64,000 nucleotides of DNA, from positions 30,256,001 to 30,320,000 of the forward strand of contig OX597828.1 of assembly GCA_951406725.2 (NCBI GenBank), given 5' to 3'. Positions 1 to 11,459 of the stretch are shown here, piece by piece. A model generated the notes under the pieces. It was not told the origin of the DNA, did not search any database, and was given only the letters and a program-made list of their open reading frames with translations. The stretch's first letter is position 1, and each line of letters begins with the position of its first letter. Made by a program: the position numbers and the translations under genes. This DNA comes from Octopus vulgaris. Lineage: Eukaryota.

Positions 1-14
1 TTCCTTTTATTACA

Positions 15-94
15 TTCTACAAATGTTTCAAAGGCCACAATTTTCCAAATTCTGATTAAATAAGGATACCATATTGCAGCTTTCTCTTCAGGAA
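15..94 (-). ncRNA. Minimal type I hammerhead ribozyme in the PLE 3' UTR/pseudo-LTR
   Basis: Minus strand reads TTC-CTGAAGA-GAAAGCTGCAAT...ATTGTGGCCTTT-GAAA-CATTTG-TA/GAA. This gives the CUGANGA and GAAA core, a 12-position stem II (1 mismatch, several G-U pairs), a near-palindromic stem III ACATTTGT, and a 3-bp stem I. Confidence 0.75.
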
Positions 95-712
95 AAACCA
101 GGAATTACGTTGTCAGAACAAAACAAAACAGAGGCGCAGCGAAGCAATTCGAACGAGGACGCTCCTTAAGAGCCCATGGTTAAACTGTTTATCAATGTAC
201 GTTGAAATCGGGGGGTTGGTGGGGGCCGACAAAAGGTCCGTTGGAATAATTACAGGTCAGGCCGCGGTCAAATCTAGTAGGTTAGGAATTAATGAGAACA
301 AGGGGTGTGGAGATGTTCTGTGTGACCAAAACTAATGTTCTGAATATTTTAAGAGACAAAACCTACCTAAAAGCATGTATGTGTATACTAGCCTATGTGT
401 GCGCGGCCGTATGTTGGCGAGGGGCGCTAGATAATGAGGGCTGCTGAAAAAGGCCTGTCAGGCGGCTGAAAAAATTCTGTGTTCGTGTGTTCGTCTGGGC
501 CTACTTGTCTAAAAATTAACATCGTCAAAGAATCATAAGGGTATATATAATTCCAGCGTTTGCTTCTAAAAAAAAACAAAAAAAAACCGACCAATCGCCA
601 AATGGGAGTAATTTCCCCTTGCAAGAGTTATTCATAGATTTTTAAAAAGTTTTTTCAAAAATTATTTCCAAAAATTATTTTCATTTTAATAGGGTGATAA
701 TTGTCTTAGGTA

Positions 713-3420
713 TCATTTATATGTAAGATAAGTATGACGCCGCCAATGGGGACATCGAAAATCCGTCTGTAAAAGCCCGTTTACCAAACGGCCTCTGGCG
801 AACAATATGTGGAAAAGCTCAGAGTTACAAAGATTACACCTCCTTCTGCCCCTATCAAATGAGAGGGCCACCGACAAAATCGACCATTCCAGCCTAAAAA
901 CTGAATTCGCGTTCTTCAAACGCCAGATAAGTTTGCTAAGTCCTGTAGCTTGGTATTTATTAACGTCGCGAAAAGTTGCGAAATGGTTCGAAATTCTCAA
1001 GGCCAATTTTGACGATGAGGCCCCGACATACGAGTAGACATCTGAATCCGTGTAAACATTGCATTGGTAAATTGCATTTCCGATCTTGGAGTTACTAGAC
1101 AAGAACCTTATTCTATTGGGATTAGCTTCTGATATTAATACTGCGTTTCTGTTACTATATTGACTGTGAGAACTGCGGCCGCATGCTACATTATATTCCT
1201 CATTATCACTATTAATTAACGGACTAACCCGTGCGTATTCCCTATCACTGAGAACGCTGTAATTGCTAGTATCCGTGGACCTGCTATTGCCGGAAACGAT
1301 GCTAAAGTTGCTATTAGGACTCTCTGCATTAATGACCCGAACTGCGCTCTCCTCCCTATTACCATTACTAACGTTATTGACATCACCATTTCTTCTATCG
1401 CTAATCCTATTATTTACTCCCTGGTTGGTACTGAGATTATCAGTCACTGTACTGACTCTTTTATCATTATTACTACTATTATTATTCCTATTGCGCGTTA
1501 AACTGGGATTAGACGGAGCTGCGCCTCCGGACAATGGCGGTAGGGTCTTAATAAGCAGCCTATTATTATGGGAAAGGTTTTTTGTGTTGGAGAAAGCTAT
1601 CCTAACTTTATGTGAATTAACCGTGAATTAACCGTGGAGTAATATTTGGAATTTCTGGGGAAGTTACTGGCAATGGTTTGTCGAAACAGGAGGGGAAGAT
1701 TAGTTCTAATCTGCTTCCCAAAGGAATTACAAACCAGATATGTTTATTCCTATTTTTGTGATGGGTCGGGAAGCCAGCTCTGACATTAGGGTGGGTGATT
1801 CTAGGTTGAATAAAAGGTATTGGTTTAGTATGAACTCCCCCGGACCGTAAATTATCTATGTTCCCTAAATTAAATCCGGAAGTACCTGCTCCAACACTCC
1901 CCGCTCCCATCACTACTTAAATTATTTATGTTATTATAGACGGCCCTATCCTGATGACCGAATGGTGGCATCGGAAGGGCTGGATCAATATATACTACCT
2001 TCTGCCTATAACCGGCTTTGGATAGTGCGGCGTTATAAAATTCCGCTTTCTGCATAAAAATGTCGACACTAGCGGACAAGTTAGACAATCTTAGAGAGAT
2101 GTTTTTAACCAAATTGTCTGTTACAGTTTTGGCATGATTGGAGAAGACACTGACATACTTTAAATTAGTGGAAGGCTTATGGTAAGGGCAGTATGAATCG
2201 CTATGGAGGTTTAGTGTGACGTCTAGGAAATTAGCCTTAGTGAGTTCATTATCAAAAACTATATTCATGCCCATTCTATTAAAGAACCTAGCTAACCTAT
2301 TTTTAGTTTTCTGTACTATTCTGTTCGTGGTGTTTTGCAGGTAAAACAGACAATCGTCACGATACAGGCCGCCCGCGATATCCGGGAATTGGTCGGATAA
2401 TTCGTAGAGAATATAGATTCCGACCAAATCGGCTATCTGCGCACTATCCGAACTACCCATAGGCACATCGAATTCGTTGGGAGTATCTTTACGAATCCAC
2501 AACTTATTTTCAAACTTTATAAATGATTTTCTGGCAACCAAAATAATATCAATTTCTTCTCTAGTGAGGCCTGCCTTGTTGTGAGCATGCCACAGGGCCT
2601 TATTTAGTACACTAGGGTTAATCGAGGGGTAGAAGCTGGCGATATCAAACTGAATAAACCTAGTACGGTTCTTATTAAGGATGGAAGAGAACCACTTCAC
2701 GACCTGCGAGGAGTTAGCTCAGAGGCTAAGCTTCAGCTTATTTACTAAACTAGGGATATATTTATCTAAAATATACTTACTGATGGTCCCGATATCGGAA
2801 CTAGCAGGGCATATGAGTCTTAACGCTGGGTTGGTGTAGAAATTCGGTTTGTGGTCCTTCACTATGAATCTAGGTTGTTTAGGGCTAAGCGGCTGCGTTC
2901 TCATTTGAATTCCGTATTTAAACATTATTTCCTTAATCTCCAAGTTTACTTTTCTCAGTGTGTTCCAATTAGTTGTTCTATAATTCTTCTTGATCTCTTT
3001 TCCGAGTAAATCTAGGTACTGTCTAATGGGTAACTTATATGTGTTCCTAGTCTTGTCAGACTGGACCAAGATTCCGTCCGACCTATTAATATCCTTGGTA
3101 ATTTTATCTAGGTATCTGAGGTGATCATTTCTCCTGGGTGACTTCCTGAACTTAATCTTCCTTACGATGTCCCACAAGTCGTCCTCAAACTTCTTCAGTC
3201 TTGGGTTAGGTGGCGGTGTATCCATCGACTTAAAAAGCCCACAATATTCGGACGATGCGGCTGCCCGGTTCAATTTTAGATCCTCGTTCTCGTGGAAGAA
3301 AACAAGCCATCTAATCCGGTTTATGAAAGCGTTAGTTTTGCAAACCAATTCCTTAAGGAAGGCATCCTTCGGTGGTATAGGAATATCCTTAAGGGACGCA
3401 TCAATCTCGAACAACTCCAT
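713..3420 (-). pseudogene. Disrupted PLE polyprotein (reverse transcriptase + GIY-YIG endonuclease), ~898 aa when reconstructed
   Basis: RT motifs: DKTRNTY, KDHKPNF..P.LRLICP, FDIASFYPSI, FDVPMGSSDSAQIADLVG, GLYRDDCL, NFLDVTLNL, YHKP, SNH. Thumb/linker: HIWFVIPF..IRTN. EN: AIYQC..YVG..RISNH..TGLSKLIW..RCNLCNSE..CPH. Lesions: in-frame TGA at 2719-2721, a +1 shift near 1900, a -1 shift near 1720, and an 11-bp duplication near 1615-1636. Confidence 0.9.
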
Positions 3421-3612
3421 TATCGGTATCGGTTAATGTAGCAGTTTCTTGGCGAAGCGGTATGTGTTTGTTGAAAAGGAAAGATGAATTTTCTTGTTAC
3501 AGATTATTCAAAAGTTTAACCGATACCTGGGTAGCAAAAATCACAGCAGAAAAAAAAAAAATTATATATATATATGTAAATGATAAATTTCTGGAAAGTT
3601 TTACAGATATTT

Positions 3613-3730
3613 TATGTATGTATGTATGTATGTATGTATGTATGTATGTATGTATGTATGTATGTATGTATGTATGTATGTATGTATGTATGCGTGTATG
3701 TATGTATGTATATATGTATGTATGTATGTA
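3613..3730. repeat. (TATG)n microsatellite, representative of dozens of (TA)n, (CA)n, (TATC)n, (TATG)n, (CT)n, (TAG)n, (AAT)n and (TATAA)n tracts across the window
   Basis: Directly visible. These tracts explain the YIYI, VCVC, LSIY and HTHT ORFs in the track. Confidence 0.98.
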
Positions 3731-4017
3731 CGCGATGTATGTATGCATGCATGCATATATGCTATACTGGCATATATTTGTATGCACATAACACGAAAAG
3801 CATTTATGCATGTGTTTTTGTATGATGGAATGTGATTGTGACAGTACGATTGCATTCATATATATTTATTGTAATGCAGTATATCAGTATATGTGTGCGT
3901 GCGCGTGAGTGTATGCGTGTATATGTGTTTGTGTGTACATGCAACGTACATATGTATACACATTAGTGTCTACGTATCATAGAGAAAATATAGATAGTAT
4001 AAAAAAAATATATATGC

Positions 4018-4078
<61 letters not shown>

Positions 4079-5517
4079 TATATGTGTCTGACTACGTGGG
4101 CTTTCCGGAGTTATGTATAGCCATATGTATTTTGGCGTGCATTACGTGATTATTTACACATTTTCATTGTTTGTATTTTTTTCATTAATTACATTTTCCT
4201 GAAAGAATATAAAAGAAAGGGAATGATCGTATACTTGTAAATATTCAGAAAAAAATAACGTGTTCTGTTATTATTTGTTGGTTGTATTCCACCAGGGAAA
4301 CATTTTTTACACGGAATACTTTAATCTGTTGATTGTTTTTAGCTTTCGTATACTTTGAAAAATCATGTGGACATCTATTTCAGAAAATATTCGATAAATA
4401 TTGATAAGATAGAGATATGTATTACAGTTGTTCTGTCCGTATTATTACAATGAATTTCATAATAGTTTTCACATTTATATTTCTAGGATAATAAAACGAG
4501 AATATGACTTTCGCTGCGCAAGTCTTTAGAGAAATGTGTGAATTTGAAATTTATGTAAAACTGGTTGTTGGTCATATTTTACATGGTGCCTAAATGTCTG
4601 ATACAAAGGAACTGCGAGTATCTCAAAGAGAAATATAGTAGGCGAGCTTGTAGCATAATTCGTATGAGTAGAATTAGTAATATTAGTAGTAGTAGTAGTA
4701 GTACTAATAGTAGAAGATATGCAAAGCGAGTAAACATATTAACGTTTGAAAGAGAGTTAGAAGGAAACAGTAAGCGAGATGGAAACCACCACAAAACAAA
4801 ATGTCTCCCATGTTTACGCTCTGTTTCATATTCGTTCAATCCTCTGTATTAATTTACTGACTCGGTTTTTCAAATGTTCTTTCAGTCTAGTTTTTCTGAT
4901 GCGATTTTTAGTTGTGTATATTTTACTTAAGATATATACTAAGTTAAAAATGCATATACGAACAATGTGCAGATATATGACAATATGCGAGATAAAATAA
5001 TAAAATTTGCAAGAGTACAAGGCAATATTATCTTATTCGGTCAATAAATGGAATGAAAGATAACGAATGTCAAATATGCTTTCCTGAAAAGAAAAATGCA
5101 TTATTTCTTTACCCAACTGTACATGTTCGAATTTGTGAATTAATAAGTGCCTATTTCTGAGCAATTAGCTAAATTTGTTTTTTTTTTATGACAGCACTTC
5201 AGAACAAACTCTATACGGATGTAGTCATATAAAGAAATCTTCGTTTATTTTTCTGACATGCCATGGTTTTTTCCATTCTTACAGTTCTCACTCTGTCAAT
5301 ATGTTTTTATATCAAAGTACTCTCATTACAGAATACGTCTCTGTACTTCAAGTAAGCAGTACCAATACTAAAATACTCCTGCACTGTGCGGAATAATTGC
5401 GTCACAGTACTTGCGGTATGTCAGATCGTATTTTGAAATTCTACCATAGACAAATTTTGACAGCCATCTTGCGAGTTAGTGCACCAATATTAGAATTAAA
5501 GAAAACGCAACACATCA

Positions 5518-5685
5518 AGGCGGCGAGGTGGCAGAATCGTATGTGTTCAAGTTCCACCGAGGTCGACTTTAATTTTCATCCTTTCGGGGTCACCATAAAA
5601 TACCATTGATTTGAACACCGGCGTCAACGTAATGAAGTTATCCCCGCTACCAATGTTGCTGGTCTCAAGCCAAAATTTGAATCTG
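5518..5685 (+). mobile_element. Degenerate tRNA-derived SINE, family B (central GCCTTTCATCCTTTCGGGGTCGATAAA domain, MetaSINE-like)
   Basis: Head aggcggcgaggtggcagaatcg and core gaggtcgactttaattttcatcctttcggggtc, shared with other copies in the window. Confidence 0.7.
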
Positions 5686-5816
5686 ATATCCTGCAATATA
5701 TCATGATCTTGATAAATTGACATATGGTCTTATATATCGACTAAAGGCTATGAATAAACCCTGGCGAGTAATAAGCAGTAATTTGCACAATAGCACCATT
5801 TTGGATATTATTATTG

Positions 5817-6003
5817 GTGAGCTGGCAGAATCGTCAGTATTGCTGGGCAAAATGCTTAAAACCATTCCGTCCACCTTTATGTTCTGAGTTCAGATTCTGC
5901 CTAGGTTGACTTCGCATTCCATCCCTTGAGGATCGATAAAATAACTACCAGTTACGAACTAGTGTCGATATAATCGACTATCTCTTCTCGGCCTTTAGTA
6001 GAA
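5817..6003 (+). mobile_element. SINE family B copy
   Basis: ggtgagctggcagaatcg...ttctgagttcagattctgcc..gttgacttcgcattccatcccttgaggatcgataaa..taccagtt. Confidence 0.75.
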
Positions 6004-7772
6004 GAGATTAATATTACTGTATTTTTTTAATAGGAAGAACTTCGCTTATTGAACAAGCAGATACGAGTTGGCCATGTTTCGCTATCGACGACTCTCTGTT
6101 ACCTGTTGCATGAAGGAAACTTAAAAAATTGTTTTACAAATAATTGAATTTATATATCGGTTTTTTCATTCTTCGTCGCTAAAAGTTGCTACGAAATATT
6201 TGCTTTATTAGCTTAAGTAAGAGAAATATCTCACCTCAGCAAAAGTTTTGCATATCTTTTGCAGTATATGAATACATACTTAATTTACACATATTTGTAA
6301 TTCTTAGAAACTGATGATCAAATAGAAACGTGGTTGCTGAGGGAGTCGTTTAAATCTAACTCTACATAGTCTAAGTTTACAGATTAAAACACGCATTGAT
6401 GGGTTTAGTTAAAGCAGTAAACACGTAACATAAAATTTATGAAGATTTTAATACATTCTGAAATAGAACTGAAAATAATTGATTTCTATTGAGCCGACGA
6501 ATTAATCCTGATCTAGAGGGAAGGGAAACAGAATTGTGCAACACTCATACCTGTAGTGAGGACATTAATAGCCTAAGGGAAATGAAGTGTATATATGCAG
6601 CATTTGAAATCAAGAAATAAACTTGATTCATCAATTCATATTTTCATAATCGGTTTCTTTTGTGCTGAAGCGGTAGCTGTGTGAACTTATCCCAGGAGAT
6701 GTTTCTCTGTTTGATAGTGAAATTATTTATTTCATCAGTTGCGCAAATGATGGCATCGTAATCATATTCCTTTTGCTATTATGTTTTGCTCAGTACCAAT
6801 AAATCAATATTCTAAGAGTCGGTTGATTCTAGGTTAAATATTATGTTGTGATTAACTTTAACTATTTATATTACTGTATACGTAACAATGTTTAATGTAA
6901 AGCTAAGAAACGTTCACGGAGATATATATCTATACGCTTGTATAAAGACAAATACTATTTGCGAAAGATTTGGTTCCTTTTGTATAAAACATACAGGGAA
7001 GGATATCATAATTTAAAAGAGACCACACGCTTTATCTAAATGTTTCCCCTTGGAATACGAAGAAACGAAAAGAAACAGATGTAATTACAGAAAAAAATCA
7101 TTAGTGATAGCTTAACTGTGTGAAATAACAATTTACTATTCAGACAAATGTGATACTAAGTCTTCATAAGAAACTGGAACATCCGAATATATACATGTAT
7201 CACTTTTTAAGATGAAAATTATTGATACTCAATGGCATCATGCATCGACAGAGCCGCTTCTCCTATCATTTTCCTATCGTTTCTCTCAGCTGATACGGCA
7301 CGTATTTCAAATGCGATTTCCTTTCTGGTTTCCAGGTACCATCAACGATTTCTTCAAGAATATTCCTCAAATCTAGGATTCGATATCTCGATTCACTTGT
7401 CCTCAGAAAACCGCCGAAATGGTCGCATGAAAAGCTGTGCACATCTAGACCGTCTCGCATTATTTATAGATGAAGAAAGATTCCATATAACAAGTAAAAA
7501 TTCTACGGATATATTGATAAACTAGCCTCCTTTATTAACGATTACACATATCCTGAAAACTGACGTCGACATCAAAAATAAAATTATTTTGACCAACACA
7601 CAGTCAAATTCCTCGCTACAAGCATTGATCCACCCACATTTTGGTGGCAAATTTTAGTTTTCAAGCACCTATAATATGTAGGAAGCTATATACCAATAGA
7701 TACACAAACACAACCTTAAACTCAAGCATTTTCTGTTTCTCTGCAATGTATATATATATAAGTTGACAGATA

Positions 7773-7884
<112 letters not shown>

Positions 7885-9925
7885 TGAAATTATGAAATCT
7901 AGACGTAAAAACACACACGCATTTTATTCTTACATATATCTATACAAATGATATTGCGTATATATGTGAATGTGAGTAATTATATTTGCGGATACGTATG
8001 CACTTTAGAGATTTTGCTAAGTGTTTTGCTTTGGCGATTCTAAGCCGGTCATTATCAGGATTGCTTAGACCGCAATCGCTCTCTGTGTCTGTGCTTGTGT
8101 TTCTACTTCAGTGGATGTCTATATGCATTTGCGTGCATGGATCAATTTGCACTCATCATTGATGTTTCTGTGATTTTAATACACAAATATGTGTATGCTT
8201 CAGTATGTGTGTATGTGTGTATGTATATATAAGACTTATATTCATGTAATGTTGAGTCTCCGTTCTACCAAAATGTGCTCACATTGAGAATTTCCGAAAT
8301 GCTTTACAAATTTTCATTCTACCGCGAATCAATTGTATTTTGAAAATTCATATCTGTTTGTTTTTTCTCTTCCTTCATGAGCTGTGGCATTTGCAGTATT
8401 TTTACGATATTTGTTTTTACACTTCCCAATGCATCTATGATAATACATACACATGATAATCTCTATACAAGGCCTGTAAATTGTCATTCGTTTTCTATAT
8501 AATTTCTTTTATTTGATATTGATGTGACAGTCACATACGCCTGATGGCGGTCATCAACGGGATTTTTTTATTACTTTTTTTTCTTCCATGGCAAAATGTA
8601 GCCCATTATGTTACACTTGAATGTTCATATTTTGTCGTCTTTTTGTCGTCTTGAAGTGTACAGTCAGGTACGATAAATGTTGGCAGTATCACTACATTTC
8701 AATAAGCATTGCGGTATATGCTGTTATTGAATAGAGACAGCTGTAAACTAAGCTGAAAGATTGTTTTGTAATTCTACTTATATCACAACAGTATGTAATA
8801 TTCTCATCAATTCTGTTATATTAAATGTTTTTTTATAATTGGTAAGATTGAATGAAATATGCCAATGCTGTCCACATTGGTTAACGACTTTTTCTTGACT
8901 GCCTAATAAAAATAAACACTTTTCCCGACCAAATACCATTCGTGTACGCGAGAACGTTCCGTCCTGTTCTAAATACATCTTTATTTTCTGAATATTGCAA
9001 AGACACAAATTCAGATCAATGAAAATATATAGGTCACATAAATATTTCTCTCCACTTCAAATGCTTTGTAATTTGTGAACAAAATTTACATAGGTTTCGC
9101 TGCTAGAACATAAAGTACTACAATGAAGATATAAGGCAGTGTATAGCTATAGATAACCCTGCGCTGTGAGTGACTGCAGTTGTAGCCGTTTTCCCTCAAA
9201 ATGGTAAGACATTTGCTTATTGTCTCGGACATGCTATTCTGTTGTACATTATATACGTATATATAAACTAAAATGTTTTGCTCTGAATGATATCGATACA
9301 ATGAGAAATATCTTTCTGGTTGGTTACTCTTCATCAGTTATGGAACTGCTCAATATTAAAATGAAACAGAACTGGCCTATGGCAGACTAAAGCGGTACCT
9401 GCAAGTAATGAAAGTTGAACGATCAGAACAAGTGCCTTACAGGCTAATGATGTCATCCTTAGTTTATTGGTTGTGTTTCTACACATGAAAATCCACACGG
9501 CAGATGTCAGCGCCACATATATTACTGCAATAGATATGTTGAATATACGAGTATACAACTATGTTTTATGCGTCACTGCTTCCTCAACTTAGGATCAATT
9601 AATTGTAACATGACAAAGCTTCGCACATGCTAGCAAACGCAGTTTTCCCTATATGAGTATAAGGAGAGAATTTGCTACCGGACAAAATATAACAGAAGTG
9701 ATGTAAGTTTTGCAAATGATGAGGTACAACAACGCAGAAAGAAGAGTTTTACCAACCAATAAAGTCGATAAGGAAGCTGTTTCGTGTAAATGTCCATGCA
9801 CTGTGTATTTCTCCGTGATTTTTACTGCAACGTATACCGCCATTGTTTCAGTGGACACAAAAACTCATATATGCATGTATCTATGTATGTATATCTGTAT
9901 GTACGTATGTACGAATATATAAGTA

Positions 9926-10069
<144 letters not shown>

Positions 10070-10115
10070 TACACGCACACACACGCACACACACATACAT
10101 ACATACATACATACA

Positions 10116-10149
<34 letters not shown>

Positions 10150-10184
10150 AATACATACAAATATGGATGCATGTATGTGTGTGT

Positions 10185-10401
10185 GCGGCAGAATCGTTAG
10201 CGCGCCGGGTGAAATGCTTAGCGGTATTTCGTCTGTCGTTACGTTCTGAGTTCAAATTACGCCGAGGTCGACTTTGCCTTTCATCCTTTCGGGGGCGATA
10301 AATTAAGTACCAGTTTCACACTGGGGTCATTGTAATCGACTTAATCCGTTTGTCTGTCTTTGTTTGTCCCCTCTATGTTTAGCCCCTTATGGGCAGTAAA
10401 G

Positions 10402-10404
<3 letters not shown>
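10185..10404 (+). mobile_element. SINE family B copy (well preserved)
   Basis: ggcagaatcgttagcgcgccggg...gttcaaattacgccgaggtcgactttgcctttcatcctttcgggggcgataaattaagtaccagtt, flanked by microsatellites. Confidence 0.85.
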
Positions 10405-10444
<40 letters not shown>

Positions 10445-10447
10445 TCT

Positions 10448-10860
10448 CTCTAAAGGAGACTACGACTGTGGTAATGGATATTGATAGTTATCGTCAAGCA
10501 AATATGACTGTCCAGAAAATTAGGACGAATGCTGTCGTTTATTAGCTCCAAGGGGCCATCGCCTCTAGCTAGCTATGTGACACACAAACCTGTGTCCATT
10601 ATAAACTTCGAACAGGGGAGGTCAGCCGTTTCCCCTTGCTGGTCAGGCATCTGCAGACTAGTTTCAGAGTATTTGCCCCTTATCAATGTAGAGCAGCCGA
10701 ACTGAGTAGGTGTCGCTAATGTCCGTCTGTTCGAAAGATTATTTACCTAAATTCAGTGGAATACATCCACTGGTTTTCAAAAATAAAAATATCATTATTT
10801 CTAATACCCTCTAAAGGAGACTACGGCAGCGGTATTGGATATTAATAGTTATCGCCGAGC
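10448..10860 (-). mobile_element. 361-bp-period partial tandem element with an internal degenerate hammerhead (non-LTR retrozyme or PLE pseudo-LTR-like)
   Basis: 52-bp direct repeats at 10448-10499 and 10809-10860 (45/52 identical). Hammerhead-like fold at 10650-10692. Starts immediately after (TA)n. Confidence 0.65.
10650..10692 (-). ncRNA. Degenerate minimal type I hammerhead ribozyme
   Basis: TCTACA-TTGATAA-GGGG-CAAATA-CTCT-GAA-ACTAGT-C/TGCAGA. Stems I and II and a palindromic stem III are present. The core has 2 substitutions relative to CTGATGA. Confidence 0.6.
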
Positions 10861-11006
10861 TAATATTTTGAATATTTTCAATATTTTGAGTATATACCAA
10901 ATTATGACAAAAGGTATATTTGAATATTTGAATATTTTGAATATATAAGAAATTTTTACCACAATAGAAGGAGGAAAAGAAAATTGCAAAGAAATAGTTT
11001 AATACT

Positions 11007-11230
11007 CTCTCTTTTACTCTTTTACTTGTTTCAGTCATTTGACTGCGGCCATGCTGGAGCACCGACTTTAGTCGAGCAAATCGCCCCCGGGACTTATTCT
11101 TTGTAAGCCCAGTACTTATTCTATCGGTCTCTTTTGCCGAACCGCTAAGTGACGGGGACGTAAACACACCAGCATCGGTTGTCAAGCAATGCTAGGGTGA
11201 CAAACACAATACAGACACACAAACATATGA

Positions 11231-11277
<47 letters not shown>

Positions 11278-11449
11278 CATATATACGACAAGCTTCTTTC
11301 AGTTTCCGTCTGCTAAATCCACTCACAAGGCATTGGTCGGCCCGAGGCTATAGCAGAAGACACTTGCCCAAGGTGTCACGCAGTGGGACTGAACCCGGAA
11401 CCATGTGGTTGGTAAGCAAGCTACTTACCACACAGCCACTCCTGCGCCT
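11007..11449 (-). mobile_element. Full-length tRNA-derived SINE, family A (tRNA head, internal (TA)n(TG)n spacer, CR1-like 3' tail)
   Basis: Head aggcgcaggagtggctgtgtggtaag...gggttcagtccc has A/B boxes. Tail ..gactgaaacaagtaaaagagtaaaagag. Near-identical copies at 22614 and 43892. Confidence 0.92.
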
Positions 11450-11459
11450 GTGTAGTTAT

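Larger units (their letters stand above)
1..3560 (-). mobile_element. Penelope-like retroelement (RT + C-terminal GIY-YIG endonuclease, Hydra-type), near full length; 3' end runs off the window
   Basis: Minus-strand ORF pieces carry PLE RT and EN motifs in the canonical order. About 620 nt of 3' UTR follows, then a hammerhead core at 15-94. The 5' side abuts an A-tract and (TA)n at about 3550-3575. Confidence 0.9.

Noticed and set aside
807-1631. Plus-strand ORFs 807-1037 and 1263-1631 (Leu-rich, membrane-like)
   Set aside because: Antisense shadows of the PLE endonuclease and its Asn/Ser-rich linker.
1943-1980. CTGATGA-CCGA..TCGG hammerhead-like string on the + strand inside the PLE ORF
   Set aside because: No GAAA after stem II, no stem III or cleavage triplet, and it is antisense to the element. 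Likely chance.
3462-4091. ORFs with [16 protein letters not shown] repeats here and throughout the window
   Set aside because: Translations of microsatellites with no coding signal.
6311-6336. CTGATGA..GAAAC motif
   Set aside because: No credible stem I or stem II.
10448-10860. Direct repeats read as a CRISPR array or LTR retrotransposon
   Set aside because: Only two repeats, a eukaryotic context, no cas genes, and no TG..CA ends, PBS or PPT.
11380-11449. tRNA-like sequences at SINE heads
   Set aside because: A/B boxes are present but they are embedded in repeated SINE bodies and are not tRNA genes.
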